A stretch of DNA of 64,000 bases from Owenia fusiformis (Eukaryota). This document shows, one piece after another, positions 11,101 to 26,100 of the stretch. Under the pieces are notes generated by a model. The model was not told the origin of the DNA and ran no database searches. It saw only the letters and a program-made list of their open reading frames with translations. The DNA lies in contig CAIIXF020000001.1 of NCBI GenBank assembly GCA_903813345.2, forward strand, positions 15,314,001 to 15,378,000. The letters are read 5' to 3'. The stretch's first letter is position 1. Every line of letters begins with the position of its first letter. The position numbers and the translations under genes were made by a program.

Positions 11101-14100
11101 ATATGTTTCACACTAATAAACTTCAATTCTGGTTGATTCTGAGTAGTTTTAAAAAATTTTGGTCACTTTCACATGTGACTAATAGCCACATGGTTGGATG
11201 ATTTCTGGCTTTAAATTGCGTTTTTCCAATTTACTAGAGTTTTTCAAGTAGTTTTGTGCAGTTTAAGAATATTCTGACAGCAATTATGAAAAATATGGCT
11301 ACTTCATTACCCCTGGGGTCATTTTTCCAAGAACCCAATGGTTTTCCTTTAAATTTGACTAGTTTTTCATTTACATCATGAAATCCACTGCCTGATGGTG
11401 ACATTTTTCAGTATCGTGTCAAGAATTTGAGTATTTTATTGCATATTGCAATTTTTAGCCAAATCACTGAACCGTGAACCAGAAAATTGGACAAATTTGA
11501 CCCACTTTTTGGCAAAATCTTACTAAAATCATCACTTTTTCATACTTTATTCCATTCAACAACCTCCTGATTTGAAAAATGATGACAAATTTGATCAGTT
11601 TTGACTCTGGCCTAGAGAATTGGGACTTTTGAGATATTTTTAGCTCGAATGTAGTCATTCAGAGTGAACAAATACATCAAAAATTGACACTTAACTCACC
11701 AATTTCTGACTGCACCCCCGATATGTACCTTCTTTCTATACTGGAAACCATAAGATGGGAAATTCAATCTTTATGATGAATAGCAACTCGTTGGCTTCCC
11801 CATTTACGACAACAAATGACATTTAGGGGTCACTAAGGACAAAATTGTAGCCAAATATCGTCAAAATCAAGGGTTTTTGGGGTAAAAAGCGAAAACTGAT
11901 GATTCAGCAAAAACATTAAATTTGTTCATGAAAATTCCCCTTTTTGCCTCCGTCCAAAATATGTTTCACACTAATAAACTTCAATTCTGGTTGATTCTGA
12001 GTAGTTTTAAAAAATTTTGGTCACTTTCACATGTGACTAATAGGCAAAACTGCCCTAATTCACGTCACCATACTAGTCAATGGGCAAAAGGGCAAACGCC
12101 TGACTTTTTATCTCGAGTTATGGATTTATGTGGCCTCACTGGCCTATCTGAGGTTCTAAAGCTATGTCTAAGCTACATCTTGACACTAAACTCGATAGGG
12201 GCCAATCATCTACTTTTTGAAATAATTGGTCAATTGTGACACTACCCCCTCTCTCTGCAGACACAAATTGAAATTCACAAAAATGAAGGCAAAATTAATA
12301 CGCCACTTGACTCGAAATTTTCCTTCAGATAACCCAAATAAACGCATTTTCAGAAGAAATGGCATGTTGCCATTGCAAAAAGATTACAACTGTGCCTACA
12401 TACTAGCTTACTGACTCGTCATGATCACATTTGTGTTGGGCCTACATTTATTTTTGAATACTACTTTTTTCTATTCAGCGGAAGTGACGTATTAGGGCAT
12501 TTTGGCCTAATAGCCACATGGTTGGATGATTTCTGGCTTTAAATTGCGTTTTTCCAATTTACTAGAGTTTTTCAAGTAGTTTTGTGCAGTTTAAGAATAT
12601 TCTGACAGCAATTATGAAAAATATGGCTACTTCATTACCCCTGGGGTCATTTTTCCAAGAACCCAATGGTTTTCCTTTAAATTTGACTAGTTTTTCATTT
12701 ACATCATGAAATCCACTGCCTGATGGTGACATTTTTCAGTATCGTGTCAAGAATTTGAGTATTTTATTGCATATTGCAATTTTTAGCCAAATCACTGAAC
12801 CGTGAACCAGAAAATTGGACAAATTTGACCCACTTTTTGGCAAAATCTTACTAAAATCATCACTTTTTCATACTTTATTCCATTCAACAACCTCCTGATT
12901 TGAAAAATGATGACAAATTTGATCAGTTTTGACTCTGGCCTAGAGAATTGGGACTTTTGAGATATTTTTAGCTCGAATGTAGTCATTCAGAGTGAACAAA
13001 TACATCAAAAATTGACACTTAACTCACCAATTTCTGACTGCACCCCCGATATGTACCTTCTTTCTATACTGGAAACCATAAGATGGGAAATTCAATCTTT
13101 ATGATGAATAGCAACTCGTTGGCTTCCCCATTTACGACAACAAATGACATTTAGGGGTCACTAAGGACAAAATTGTAGCCAAATATCGTCAAAATCAAGG
13201 GTTTTTGGGGTAAAAAGCGAAAACTGATGATTCAGCAAAAACATTAAATTTGTTCATGAAAATTCCCCTTTTTGCCTCCGTCCAAAATATGTTTCACACT
13301 AATAAACTTCAATTCTGGTTGATTCTGAGTAGTTTTAAAAAATTTTGGTCACTTTCACATGTGACTAATAGGCAAAACTGCCCTAATTCACGTCACCATA
13401 CTAGTCAATGGGCAAAAGGGCAAACGCCTGACTTTTTATCTCGAGTTATGGATTTATGTGGCCTCACTGGCCTATCTGAGGTTCTAAAGCTATGTCTAAG
13501 CTACATCTTGACACTAAACTCGATAGGGGCCAATCATCTACTTTTTGAAATAATTGGTCAATTGTGACACTACCCCCTCTCTCTGCAGACACAAATTGAA
13601 ATTCACAAAAATGAAGGCAAAATTAATACGCCACTTGACTCGAAATTTTCCTTCAGATAACCCAAATAAACGCATTTTCAGAAGAAATGGCATGTTGCCA
13701 TTGCAAAAAGATTACAACTGTGCCTACATACTAGCTTACTGACTCGTCATGATCACATTTGTGTTGGGCCTACATTTATTTTTGAATACTACTTTTTTCT
13801 ATTCAGCGGAAGTGACGTATTAGGGCATTTTGGCCTAATAGCCACATGGTTGGATGATTTCTGGCTTTAAATTGCGTTTTTCCAATTTACTAGAGTTTTT
13901 CAAGTAGTTTTGTGCAGTTTAAGAATATTCTGACAGCAATTATGAAAAATATGGCTACTTCATTACCCCTGGGGTCATTTTTCCAAGAACCCAATGGTTT
14001 TCCTTTAAATTTGACTAGTTTTTCATTTACATCATGAAATCCACTGCCTGATGGTGACATTTTTCAGTATCGTGTCAAGAATTTGAGTATTTTATTGCAT

Positions 14101-17100
14101 ATTGCAATTTTTAGCCAAATCACTGAACCGTGAACCAGAAAATTGGACAAATTTGACCCACTTTTTGGCAAAATCTTACTAAAATCATCACTTTTTCATA
14201 CTTTATTCCATTCAACAACCTCCTGATTTGAAAAATGATGACAAATTTGATCAGTTTTGACTCTGGCCTAGAGAATTGGGACTTTTGAGATATTTTTAGC
14301 TCGAATGTAGTCATTCAGAGTGAACAAATACATCAAAAATTGACACTTAACTCACCAATTTCTGACTGCACCCCCGATATGTACCTTCTTTCTATACTGG
14401 AAACCATAAGATGGGAAATTCAATCTTTATGATGAATAGCAACTCGTTGGCTTCCCCATTTACGACAACAAATGACATTTAGGGGTCACTAAGGACAAAA
14501 TTGTAGCCAAATATCGTCAAAATCAAGGGTTTTTGGGGTAAAAAGCGAAAACTGATGATTCAGCAAAAACATTAAATTTGTTCATGAAAATTCCCCTTTT
14601 TGCCTCCGTCCAAAATATGTTTCACACTAATAAACTTCAATTCTGGTTGATTCTGAGTAGTTTTAAAAAATTTTGGTCACTTTCACATGTGACTAATAGC
14701 CACATGGTTGGATGATTTCTGGCTTTAAATTGCGTTTTTTCCAATTTACTAGAGTTTTTCAAGTAGTTTTGTGCAGTTTAAGAATATTCTGACAGCAATT
14801 ATGAAAAATATGGCTACTTCATTACCCCTGGGGTCATTTTTCCAAGAACCCAATGGTTTTCCTTTAAATTTGACTAGTTTTTCATTTACATCATGAAATC
14901 CACTGCCTGATGGTGACATTTTTCAGTATCGTGTCAAGAATTTGAGTATTTTATTGCATATTGCAATTTTTAGCCAAATCACTGAACCGTGAACCAGAAA
15001 ATTGGACAAATTTGACCCACTTTTTGGCAAAATCTTACTAAAATCATCACTTTTTCATACTTTATTCCATTCAACAACCTCCTGATTTGAAAAATGATGA
15101 CAAATTTGATCAGTTTTGACTCTGGCCTAGAGAATTGGGACTTTTGAGATATTTTTAGCTCGAATGTAGTCATTCAGAGTGAACAAATACATCAAAAATT
15201 GACACTTAACTCACCAATTTCTGACTGCACCCCCGATATGTACCTTCTTTCTATACTGGAAACCATAAGATGGGAAATTCAATCTTTATGATGAATAGCA
15301 ACTCGTTGGCTTCCCCATTTACGACAACAAATGACATTTAGGGGTCACTAAGGACAAAATTGTAGCCAAATATCGTCAAAATCAAGGGTTTTTGGGGTAA
15401 AAAGCGAAAACTGATGATTCAGCAAAAACATTAAATTTGTTCATGAAAATTCCCCTTTTTGCCTCCGTCCAAAATATGTTTCACACTAATAAACTTCAAT
15501 TCTGGTTGATTCTGAGTAGTTTTAAAAAATTTTGGTCACTTTCACATGTGACTAATAGGCAAAACTGCCCTAATTCACGTCACCATACTAGTCAATGGGC
15601 AAAAGGGCAAACGCCTGACTTTTTATCTCGAGTTATGGATTTATGTGGCCTCACTGGCCTATCTGAGGTTCTAAAGCTATGTCTAAGCTACATCTTGACA
15701 CTAAACTCGATAGGGGCCAATCATCTACTTTTTGAAATAATTGGTCAATTGTGACACTACCCCCTCTCTCTGCAGACACAAATTGAAATTCACAAAAATG
15801 AAGGCAAAATTAATACGCCACTTGACTCGAAATTTTCCTTCAGATAACCCAAATAAACGCATTTTCAGAAGAAATGGCATGTTGCCATTGCAAAAAGATT
15901 ACAACTGTGCCTACATACTAGCTTACTGACTCGTCATGATCACATTTGTGTTGGGCCTACATTTATTTTTGAATACTACTTTTTTCTATTCAGCGGAAGT
16001 GACGTATTAGGGCATTTTGGCCTAATAGCCACATGGTTGGATGATTTCTGGCTTTAAATTGCGTTTTTCCAATTTACTAGAGTTTTTCAAGTAGTTTTGT
16101 GCAGTTTAAGAATATTCTGACAGCAATTATGAAAAATATGGCTACTTCATTACCCCTGGGGTCATTTTTCCAAGAACCCAATGGTTTTCCTTTAAATTTG
16201 ACTAGTTTTTCATTTACATCATGAAATCCACTGCCTGATGGTGACATTTTTCAGTATCGTGTCAAGAATTTGAGTATTTTATTGCATATTGCAATTTTTA
16301 GCCAAATCACTGAACCGTGAACCAGAAAATTGGACAAATTTGACCCACTTTTTGGCAAAATCTTACTAAAATCATCACTTTTTCATACTTTATTCCATTC
16401 AACAACCTCCTGATTTGAAAAATGATGACAAATTTGATCAGTTTTGACTCTGGCCTAGAGAATTGGGACTTTTGAGATATTTTTAGCTCGAATGTAGTCA
16501 TTCAGAGTGAACAAATACATCAAAAATTGACACTTAACTCACCAATTTCTGACTGCACCCCCGATATGTACCTTCTTTCTATACTGGAAACCATAAGATG
16601 GGAAATTCAATCTTTATGATGAATAGCAACTCGTTGGCTTCCCCATTTACGACAACAAATGACATTTAGGGGTCACTAAGGACAAAATTGTAGCCAAATA
16701 TCGTCAAAATCAAGGGTTTTTGGGGTAAAAAGCGAAAACTGATGATTCAGCAAAAACATTAAATTTGTTCATGAAAATTCCCCTTTTTGCCTCCGTCCAA
16801 AATATGTTTCACACTAATAAACTTCAATTCTGGTTGATTCTGAGTAGTTTTAAAAAATTTTGGTCACTTTCACATGTGACTAATAGGCAAAACTGCCCTA
16901 ATTCACGTCACCATACTAGTCAATGGGCAAAAGGGCAAACGCCTGACTTTTTATCTCGAGTTATGGATTTATGTGGCCTCACTGGCCTATCTGAGGTTCT
17001 AAAGCTATGTCTAAGCTACATCTTGACACTAAACTCGATAGGGGCCAATCATCTACTTTTTGAAATAATTGGTCAATTGTGACACTACCCCCTCTCTCTG

Positions 17101-20100
17101 CAGACACAAATTGAAATTCACAAAAATGAAGGCAAAATTAATACGCCACTTGACTCGAAATTTTCCTTCAGATAACCCAAATAAACGCATTTTCAGAAGA
17201 AATGGCATGTTGCCATTGCAAAAAGATTACAACTGTGCCTACATACTAGCTTACTGACTCGTCATGATCACATTTGTGTTGGGCCTACATTTATTTTTGA
17301 ATACTACTTTTTTCTATTCAGCGGAAGTGACGTATTAGGGCATTTTGGCCTAATAGCCACATGGTTGGATGATTTCTGGCTTTAAATTGCGTTTTTCCAA
17401 TTTACTAGAGTTTTTCAAGTAGTTTTGTGCAGTTTAAGAATATTCTGACAGCAATTATGAAAAATATGGCTACTTCATTACCCCTGGGGTCATTTTTCCA
17501 AGAACCCAATGGTTTTCCTTTAAATTTGACTAGTTTTTCATTTACATCATGAAATCCACTGCCTGATGGTGACATTTTTCAGTATCGTGTCAAGAATTTG
17601 AGTATTTTATTGCATATTGCAATTTTTAGCCAAATCACTGAACCGTGAACCAGAAAATTGGACAAATTTGACCCACTTTTTGGCAAAATCTTACTAAAAT
17701 CATCACTTTTTCATACTTTATTCCATTCAACAACCTCCTGATTTGAAAAATGATGACAAATTTGATCAGTTTTGACTCTGGCCTAGAGAATTGGGACTTT
17801 TGAGATATTTTTAGCTCGAATGTAGTCATTCAGAGTGAACAAATACATCAAAAATTGACACTTAACTCACCAATTTCTGACTGCACCCCCGATATGTACC
17901 TTCTTTCTATACTGGAAACCATAAGATGGGAAATTCAATCTTTATGATGAATAGCAACTCGTTGGCTTCCCCATTTACGACAACAAATGACATTTAGGGG
18001 TCACTAAGGACAAAATTGTAGCCAAATATCGTCAAAATCAAGGGTTTTTGGGGTAAAAAGCGAAAACTGATGATTCAGCAAAAACATTAAATTTGTTCAT
18101 GAAAATTCCCCTTTTTGCCTCCGTCCAAAATATGTTTCACACTAATAAACTTCAATTCTGGTTGATTCTGAGTAGTTTTAAAAAATTTTGGTCACTTTCA
18201 CATGTGACTAATAGCCACATGGTTGGATGATTTCTGGCTTTAAATTGCGTTTTTCCAATTTACTAGAGTTTTTCAAGTAGTTTTGTGCAGTTTAAGAATA
18301 TTCTGACAGCAATTATGAAAAATATGGCTACTTCATTACCCCTGGGGTCATTTTTCCAAGAACCCAATGGTTTTCCTTTAAATTTGACTAGTTTTTCATT
18401 TACATCATGAAATCCACTGCCTGATGGTGACATTTTTCAGTATCGTGTCAAGAATTTGAGTATTTTATTGCATATTGCAATTTTTAGCCAAATCACTGAA
18501 CCGTGAACCAGAAAATTGGACAAATTTGACCCACTTTTTGGCAAAATCTTACTAAAATCATCACTTTTTCATACTTTATTCCATTCAACAACCTCCTGAT
18601 TTGAAAAATGATGACAAATTTGATCAGTTTTGACTCTGGCCTAGAGAATTGGGACTTTTGAGATATTTTTAGCTCGAATGTAGTCATTCAGAGTGAACAA
18701 ATACATCAAAAATTGACACTTAACTCACCAATTTCTGACTGCACCCCCGATATGTACCTTCTTTCTATACTGGAAACCATAAGATGGGAAATTCAATCTT
18801 TATGATGAATAGCAACTCGTTGGCTTCCCCATTTACGACAACAAATGACATTTAGGGGTCACTAAGGACAAAATTGTAGCCAAATATCGTCAAAATCAAG
18901 GGTTTTTGGGGTAAAAAGCGAAAACTGATGATTCAGCAAAAACATTAAATTTGTTCATGAAAATTCCCCTTTTTGCCTCCGTCCAAAATATGTTTCACAC
19001 TAATAAACTTCAATTCTGGTTGATTCTGAGTAGTTTTAAAAAATTTTGGTCACTTTCACATGTGACTAATAGGCAAAACTGCCCTAATTCACGTCACCAT
19101 ACTAGTCAATGGGCAAAAGGGCAAACGCCTGACTTTTTATCTCGAGTTATGGATTTATGTGGCCTCACTGGCCTATCTGAGGTTCTAAAGCTATGTCTAA
19201 GCTACATCTTGACACTAAACTCGATAGGGGCCAATCATCTACTTTTTGAAATAATTGGTCAATTGTGACACTACCCCCTCTCTCTGCAGACACAAATTGA
19301 AATTCACAAAAATGAAGGCAAAATTAATACGCCACTTGACTCGAAATTTTCCTTCAGATAACCCAAATAAACGCATTTTCAGAAGAAATGGCATGTTGCC
19401 ATTGCAAAAAGATTACAACTGTGCCTACATACTAGCTTACTGACTCGTCATGATCACATTTGTGTTGGGCCTACATTTATTTCTGAATACTACTTTTTTC
19501 TATTCAGCGGAAGTGACGTATTAGGGCATTTTGGCCTAATAGCCACATGGTTGGATGATTTCTGGCTTTAAATTGCGTTTTTTCCAATTTACTAGAGTTT
19601 TTCAAGTAGTTTTGTGCAGTTTAAGAATATTCTGACAGCAATTATGAAAAATATGGCTACTTCATTACCCCTGGGGTCATTTTTCCAAGAACCCAATGGT
19701 TTTCCTTTAAATTTGACTAGTTTTTCATTTACATCATGAAATCCACTGCCTGATGGTGACATTTTTCAGTATCGTGTCAAGAATTTGAGTATTTTATTGC
19801 ATATTGCAATTTTTAGCCAAATCACTGAACCGTGAACCAGAAAATTGGACAAATTTGACCCACTTTTTGGCAAAATCTTACTAAAATCATCACTTTTTCA
19901 TACTTTATTCCATTCAACAACCTCCTGATTTGAAAAATGATGACAAATTTGATCAGTTTTGACTCTGGCCTAGAGAATTGGGACTTTTGAGATATTTTTA
20001 GCTCGAATGTAGTCATTCAGAGTGAACAAATACATCAAAAATTGACACTTAACTCACCAATTTCTGACTGCACCCCCGATATGTACCTTCTTTCTATACT

Positions 20101-23100
20101 GGAAACCATAAGATGGGAAATTCAATCTTTATGATGAATAGCAACTCGTTGGCTTCCCCATTTACGACAACAAATGACATTTAGGGGTCACTAAGGACAA
20201 AATTGTAGCCAAATATCGTCAAAATCAAGGGTTTTTGGGGTAAAAAGCGAAAACTGATGATTCAGCAAAAACATTAAATTTGTTCATGAAAATTCCCCTT
20301 TTTGCCTCCGTCCAAAATATGTTTCACACTAATAAACTTCAATTCTGGTTGATTCTGAGTAGTTTTAAAAAATTTTGGTCACTTTCACATGTGACTAATA
20401 GCCACATGGTTGGATGATTTCTGGCTTTAAATTGCGTTTTTCCAATTTACTAGAGTTTTTCAAGTAGTTTTGTGCAGTTTAAGAATATTCTGACAGCAAT
20501 TATGAAAAATATGGCTACTTCATTACCCCTGGGGTCATTTTTCCAAGAACCCAATGGTTTTCCTTTAAATTTGACTAGTTTTTCATTTACATCATGAAAT
20601 CCACTGCCTGATGGTGACATTTTTCAGTATCGTGTCAAGAATTTGAGTATTTTATTGCATATTGCAATTTTTAGCCAAATCACTGAACCGTGAACCAGAA
20701 AATTGGACAAATTTGACCCACTTTTTGGCAAAATCTTACTAAAATCATCACTTTTTCATACTTTATTCCATTCAACAACCTCCTGATTTGAAAAATGATG
20801 ACAAATTTGATCAGTTTTGACTCTGGCCTAGAGAATTGGGACTTTTGAGATATTTTTAGCTCGAATGTAGTCATTCAGAGTGAACAAATACATCAAAAAT
20901 TGACACTTAACTCACCAATTTCTGACTGCACCCCCGATATGTACCTTCTTTCTATACTGGAAACCATAAGATGGGAAATTCAATCTTTATGATGAATAGC
21001 AACTCGTTGGCTTCCCCATTTACGACAACAAATGACATTTAGGGGTCACTAAGGACAAAATTGTAGCCAAATATCGTCAAAATCAAGGGTTTTTGGGGTA
21101 AAAAGCGAAAACTGATGATTCAGCAAAAACATTAAATTTGTTCATGAAAATTCCCCTTTTTGCCTCCGTCCAAAATATGTTTCACACTAATAAACTTCAA
21201 TTCTGGTTGATTCTGAGTAGTTTTAAAAATTTTGGTCACTTTCACATGTGACTAATAGCCACATGGTTGGATGATTTCTGGCTTTAAATTGCGTTTTTCC
21301 AATTTACTAGAGTTTTTCAAGTAGTTTTGTGCAGTTTAAGAATATTCTGACAGCAATTATGAAAAATATGGCTACTTCATTACCCCTGGGGTCATTTTTC
21401 CAAGAACCCAATGGTTTTCCTTTAAATTTGACTAGTTTTTCATTTACATCATGAAATCCACTGCCTGATGGTGACATTTTTCAGTATCGTGTCAAGAATT
21501 TGAGTATTTTATTGCATATTGCAATTTTTAGCCAAATCACTGAACCGTGAACCAGAAAATTGGACAAATTTGACCCACTTTTTGGCAAAATCTTACTAAA
21601 ATCATCACTTTTTCATACTTTATTCCATTCAACAACCTCCTGATTTGAAAAATGATGACAAATTTGATCAGTTTTGACTCTGGCCTAGAGAATTGGGACT
21701 TTTGAGATATTTTTAGCTCGAATGTAGTCATTCAGAGTGAACAAATACATCAAAAATTGACACTTAACTCACCAATTTCTGACTGCACCCCCGATATGTA
21801 CCTTCTTTCTATACTGGAAACCATAAGATGGGAAATTCAATCTTTATGATGAATAGCAACTCGTTGGCTTCCCCATTTACGACAACAAATGACATTTAGG
21901 GGTCACTAAGGACAAAATTGTAGCCAAATATCGTCAAAATCAAGGGTTTTTGGGGTAAAAAGCGAAAACTGATGATTCAGCAAAAACATTAAATTTGTTC
22001 ATGAAAATTCCCCTTTTTGCCTCCGTCCAAAATATGTTTCACACTAATAAACTTCAATTCTGGTTGATTCTGAGTAGTTTTAAAAAATTTTGGTCACTTT
22101 CACATGTGACTAATAGGCAAAACTGCCCTAATTCACGTCACCATACTAGTCAATGGGCAAAAGGGCAAACGCCTGACTTTTTATCTCGAGTTATGGATTT
22201 ATGTGGCCTCACTGGCCTATCTGAGGTTCTAAAGCTATGTCTAAGCTACATCTTGACACTAAACTCGATAGGGGCCAATCATCTACTTTTTGAAATAATT
22301 GGTCAATTGTGACACTACCCCCTCTCTCTGCAGACACAAATTGAAATTCACAAAAATGAAGGCAAAATTAATACGCCACTTGACTCGAAATTTTCCTTCA
22401 GATAACCCAAATAAACGCATTTTCAGAAGAAATGGCATGTTGCCATTGCAAAAAGATTACAACTGTGCCTACATACTAGCTTACTGACTCGTCATGATCA
22501 CATTTGTGTTGGGCCTACATTTATTTTTGAATACTACTTTTTTCTATTCAGCGGAAGTGACGTATTAGGGCATTTTGGCCTAATAGCCACATGGTTGGAT
22601 GATTTCTGGCTTTAAATTGCGTTTTTTCCAATTTACTAGAGTTTTTCAAGTAGTTTTGTGCAGTTTAAGAATATTCTGACAGCAATTATGAAAAATATGG
22701 CTACTTCATTACCCCTGGGGTCATTTTTCCAAGAACCCAATGGTTTTCCTTTAAATTTGACTAGTTTTTCATTTACATCATGAAATCCACTGCCTGATGG
22801 TGACATTTTTCAGTATCGTGTCAAGAATTTGAGTATTTTATTGCATATTGCAATTTTTAGCCAAATCACTGAACCGTGAACCAGAAAATTGGACAAATTT
22901 GACCCACTTTTTGGCAAAATCTTACTAAAATCATCACTTTTTCATACTTTATTCCATTCAACAACCTCCTGATTTGAAAAATGATGACAAATTTGATCAG
23001 TTTTGACTCTGGCCTAGAGAATTGGGACTTTTGAGATATTTTTAGCTCGAATGTAGTCATTCAGAGTGAACAAATACATCAAAAATTGACACTTAACTCA

Positions 23101-26100
23101 CCAATTTCTGACTGCACCCCCGATATGTACCTTCTTTCTATACTGGAAACCATAAGATGGGAAATTCAATCTTTATGATGAATAGCAACTCGTTGGCTTC
23201 CCCATTTACGACAACAAATGACATTTAGGGGTCACTAAGGACAAAATTGTAGCCAAATATCGTCAAAATCAAGGGTTTTTGGGGTAAAAAGCGAAAACTG
23301 ATGATTCAGCAAAAACATTAAATTTGTTCATGAAAATTCCCCTTTTTGCCTCCGTCCAAAATATGTTTCACACTAATAAACTTCAATTCTGGTTGATTCT
23401 GAGTAGTTTTAAAAAATTTTGGTCACTTTCACATGTGACTAATAGCCACATGGTTGGATGATTTCTGGCTTTAAATTGCGTTTTTCCAATTTACTAGAGT
23501 TTTTCAAGTAGTTTTGTGCAGTTTAAGAATATTCTGACAGCAATTATGAAAAATATGGCTACTTCATTACCCCTGGGGTCATTTTTCCAAGAACCCAATG
23601 GTTTTCCTTTAAATTTGACTAGTTTTTCATTTACATCATGAAATCCACTGCCTGATGGTGACATTTTTCAGTATCGTGTCAAGAATTTGAGTATTTTATT
23701 GCATATTGCAATTTTTAGCCAAATCACTGAACCGTGAACCAGAAAATTGGACAAATTTGACCCACTTTTTGGCAAAATCTTACTAAAATCATCACTTTTT
23801 CATACTTTATTCCATTCAACAACCTCCTGATTTGAAAAATGATGACAAATTTGATCAGTTTTGACTCTGGCCTAGAGAATTGGGACTTTTGAGATATTTT
23901 TAGCTCGAATGTAGTCATTCAGAGTGAACAAATACATCAAAAATTGACACTTAACTCACCAATTTCTGACTGCACCCCCGATATGTACCTTCTTTCTATA
24001 CTGGAAACCATAAGATGGGAAATTCAATCTTTATGATGAATAGCAACTCGTTGGCTTCCCCATTTACGACAACAAATGACATTTAGGGGTCACTAAGGAC
24101 AAAATTGTAGCCAAATATCGTCAAAATCAAGGGTTTTTGGGGTAAAAAGCGAAAACTGATGATTCAGCAAAAACATTAAATTTGTTCATGAAAATTCCCC
24201 TTTTTGCCTCCGTCCAAAATATGTTTCACACTAATAAACTTCAATTCTGGTTGATTCTGAGTAGTTTTAAAAAATTTTGGTCACTTTCACATGTGACTAA
24301 TAGCCACATGGTTGGATGATTTCTGGCTTTAAATTGCGTTTTTCCAATTTACTAGAGTTTTTCAAGTAGTTTTGTGCAGTTTAAGAATATTCTGACAGCA
24401 ATTATGAAAAATATGGCTACTTCATTACCCCTGGGGTCATTTTTCCAAGAACCCAATGGTTTTCCTTTAAATTTGACTAGTTTTTCATTTACATCATGAA
24501 ATCCACTGCCTGATGGTGACATTTTTCAGTATCGTGTCAAGAATTTGAGTATTTTATTGCATATTGCAATTTTTAGCCAAATCACTGAACCGTGAACCAG
24601 AAAATTGGACAAATTTGACCCACTTTTTGGCAAAATCTTACTAAAATCATCACTTTTTCATACTTTATTCCATTCAACAACCTCCTGATTTGAAAAATGA
24701 TGACAAATTTGATCAGTTTTGACTCTGGCCTAGAGAATTGGGACTTTTGAGATATTTTTAGCTCGAATGTAGTCATTCAGAGTGAACAAATACATCAAAA
24801 ATTGACACTTAACTCACCAATTTCTGACTGCACCCCCGATATGTACCTTCTTTCTATACTGGAAACCATAAGATGGGAAATTCAATCTTTATGATGAATA
24901 GCAACTCGTTGGCTTCCCCATTTACGACAACAAATGACATTTAGGGGTCACTAAGGACAAAATTGTAGCCAAATATCGTCAAAATCAAGGGTTTTTGGGG
25001 TAAAAAGCGAAAACTGATGATTCAGCAAAAACATTAAATTTGTTCATGAAAATTCCCCTTTTTGCCTCCGTCCAAAATATGTTTCACACTAATAAACTTC
25101 AATTCTGGTTGATTCTGAGTAGTTTTAAAAAATTTTGGTCACTTTCACATGTGACTAATAGGCAAAACTGCCCTAATTCACGTCACCATACTAGTCAATG
25201 GGCAAAAGGGCAAACGCCTGACTTTTTATCTCGAGTTATGGATTTATGTGGCCTCACTGGCCTATCTGAGGTTCTAAAGCTATGTCTAAGCTACATCTTG
25301 ACACTAAACTCGATAGGGGCCAATCATCTACTTTTTGAAATAATTGGTCAATTGTGACACTACCCCCTCTCTCTGCAGACACAAATTGAAATTCACAAAA
25401 ATGAAGGCAAAATTAATACGCCACTTGACTCGAAATTTTCCTTCAGATAACCCAAATAAACGCATTTTCAGAAGAAATGGCATGTTGCCATTGCAAAAAG
25501 ATTACAACTGTGCCTACATACTAGCTTACTGACTCGTCATGATCACATTTGTGTTGGGCCTACATTTATTTTTGAATACTACTTTTTTCTATTCAGCGGA
25601 AGTGACGTATTAGGGCATTTTGGCCTAATAGCCACATGGTTGGATGATTTCTGGCTTTAAATTGCGTTTTTCCAATTTACTAGAGTTTTTCAAGTAGTTT
25701 TGTGCAGTTTAAGAATATTCTGACAGCAATTATGAAAAATATGGCTACTTCATTACCCCTGGGGTCATTTTTCCAAGAACCCAATGGTTTTCCTTTAAAT
25801 TTGACTAGTTTTTCATTTACATCATGAAATCCACTGCCTGATGGTGACATTTTTCAGTATCGTGTCAAGAATTTGAGTATTTTATTGCATATTGCAATTT
25901 TTAGCCAAATCACTGAACCGTGAACCAGAAAATTGGACAAATTTGACCCACTTTTTGGCAAAATCTTACTAAAATCATCACTTTTTCATACTTTATTCCA
26001 TTCAACAACCTCCTGATTTGAAAAATGATGACAAATTTGATCAGTTTTGACTCTGGCCTAGAGAATTGGGACTTTTGAGATATTTTTAGCTCGAATGTAG

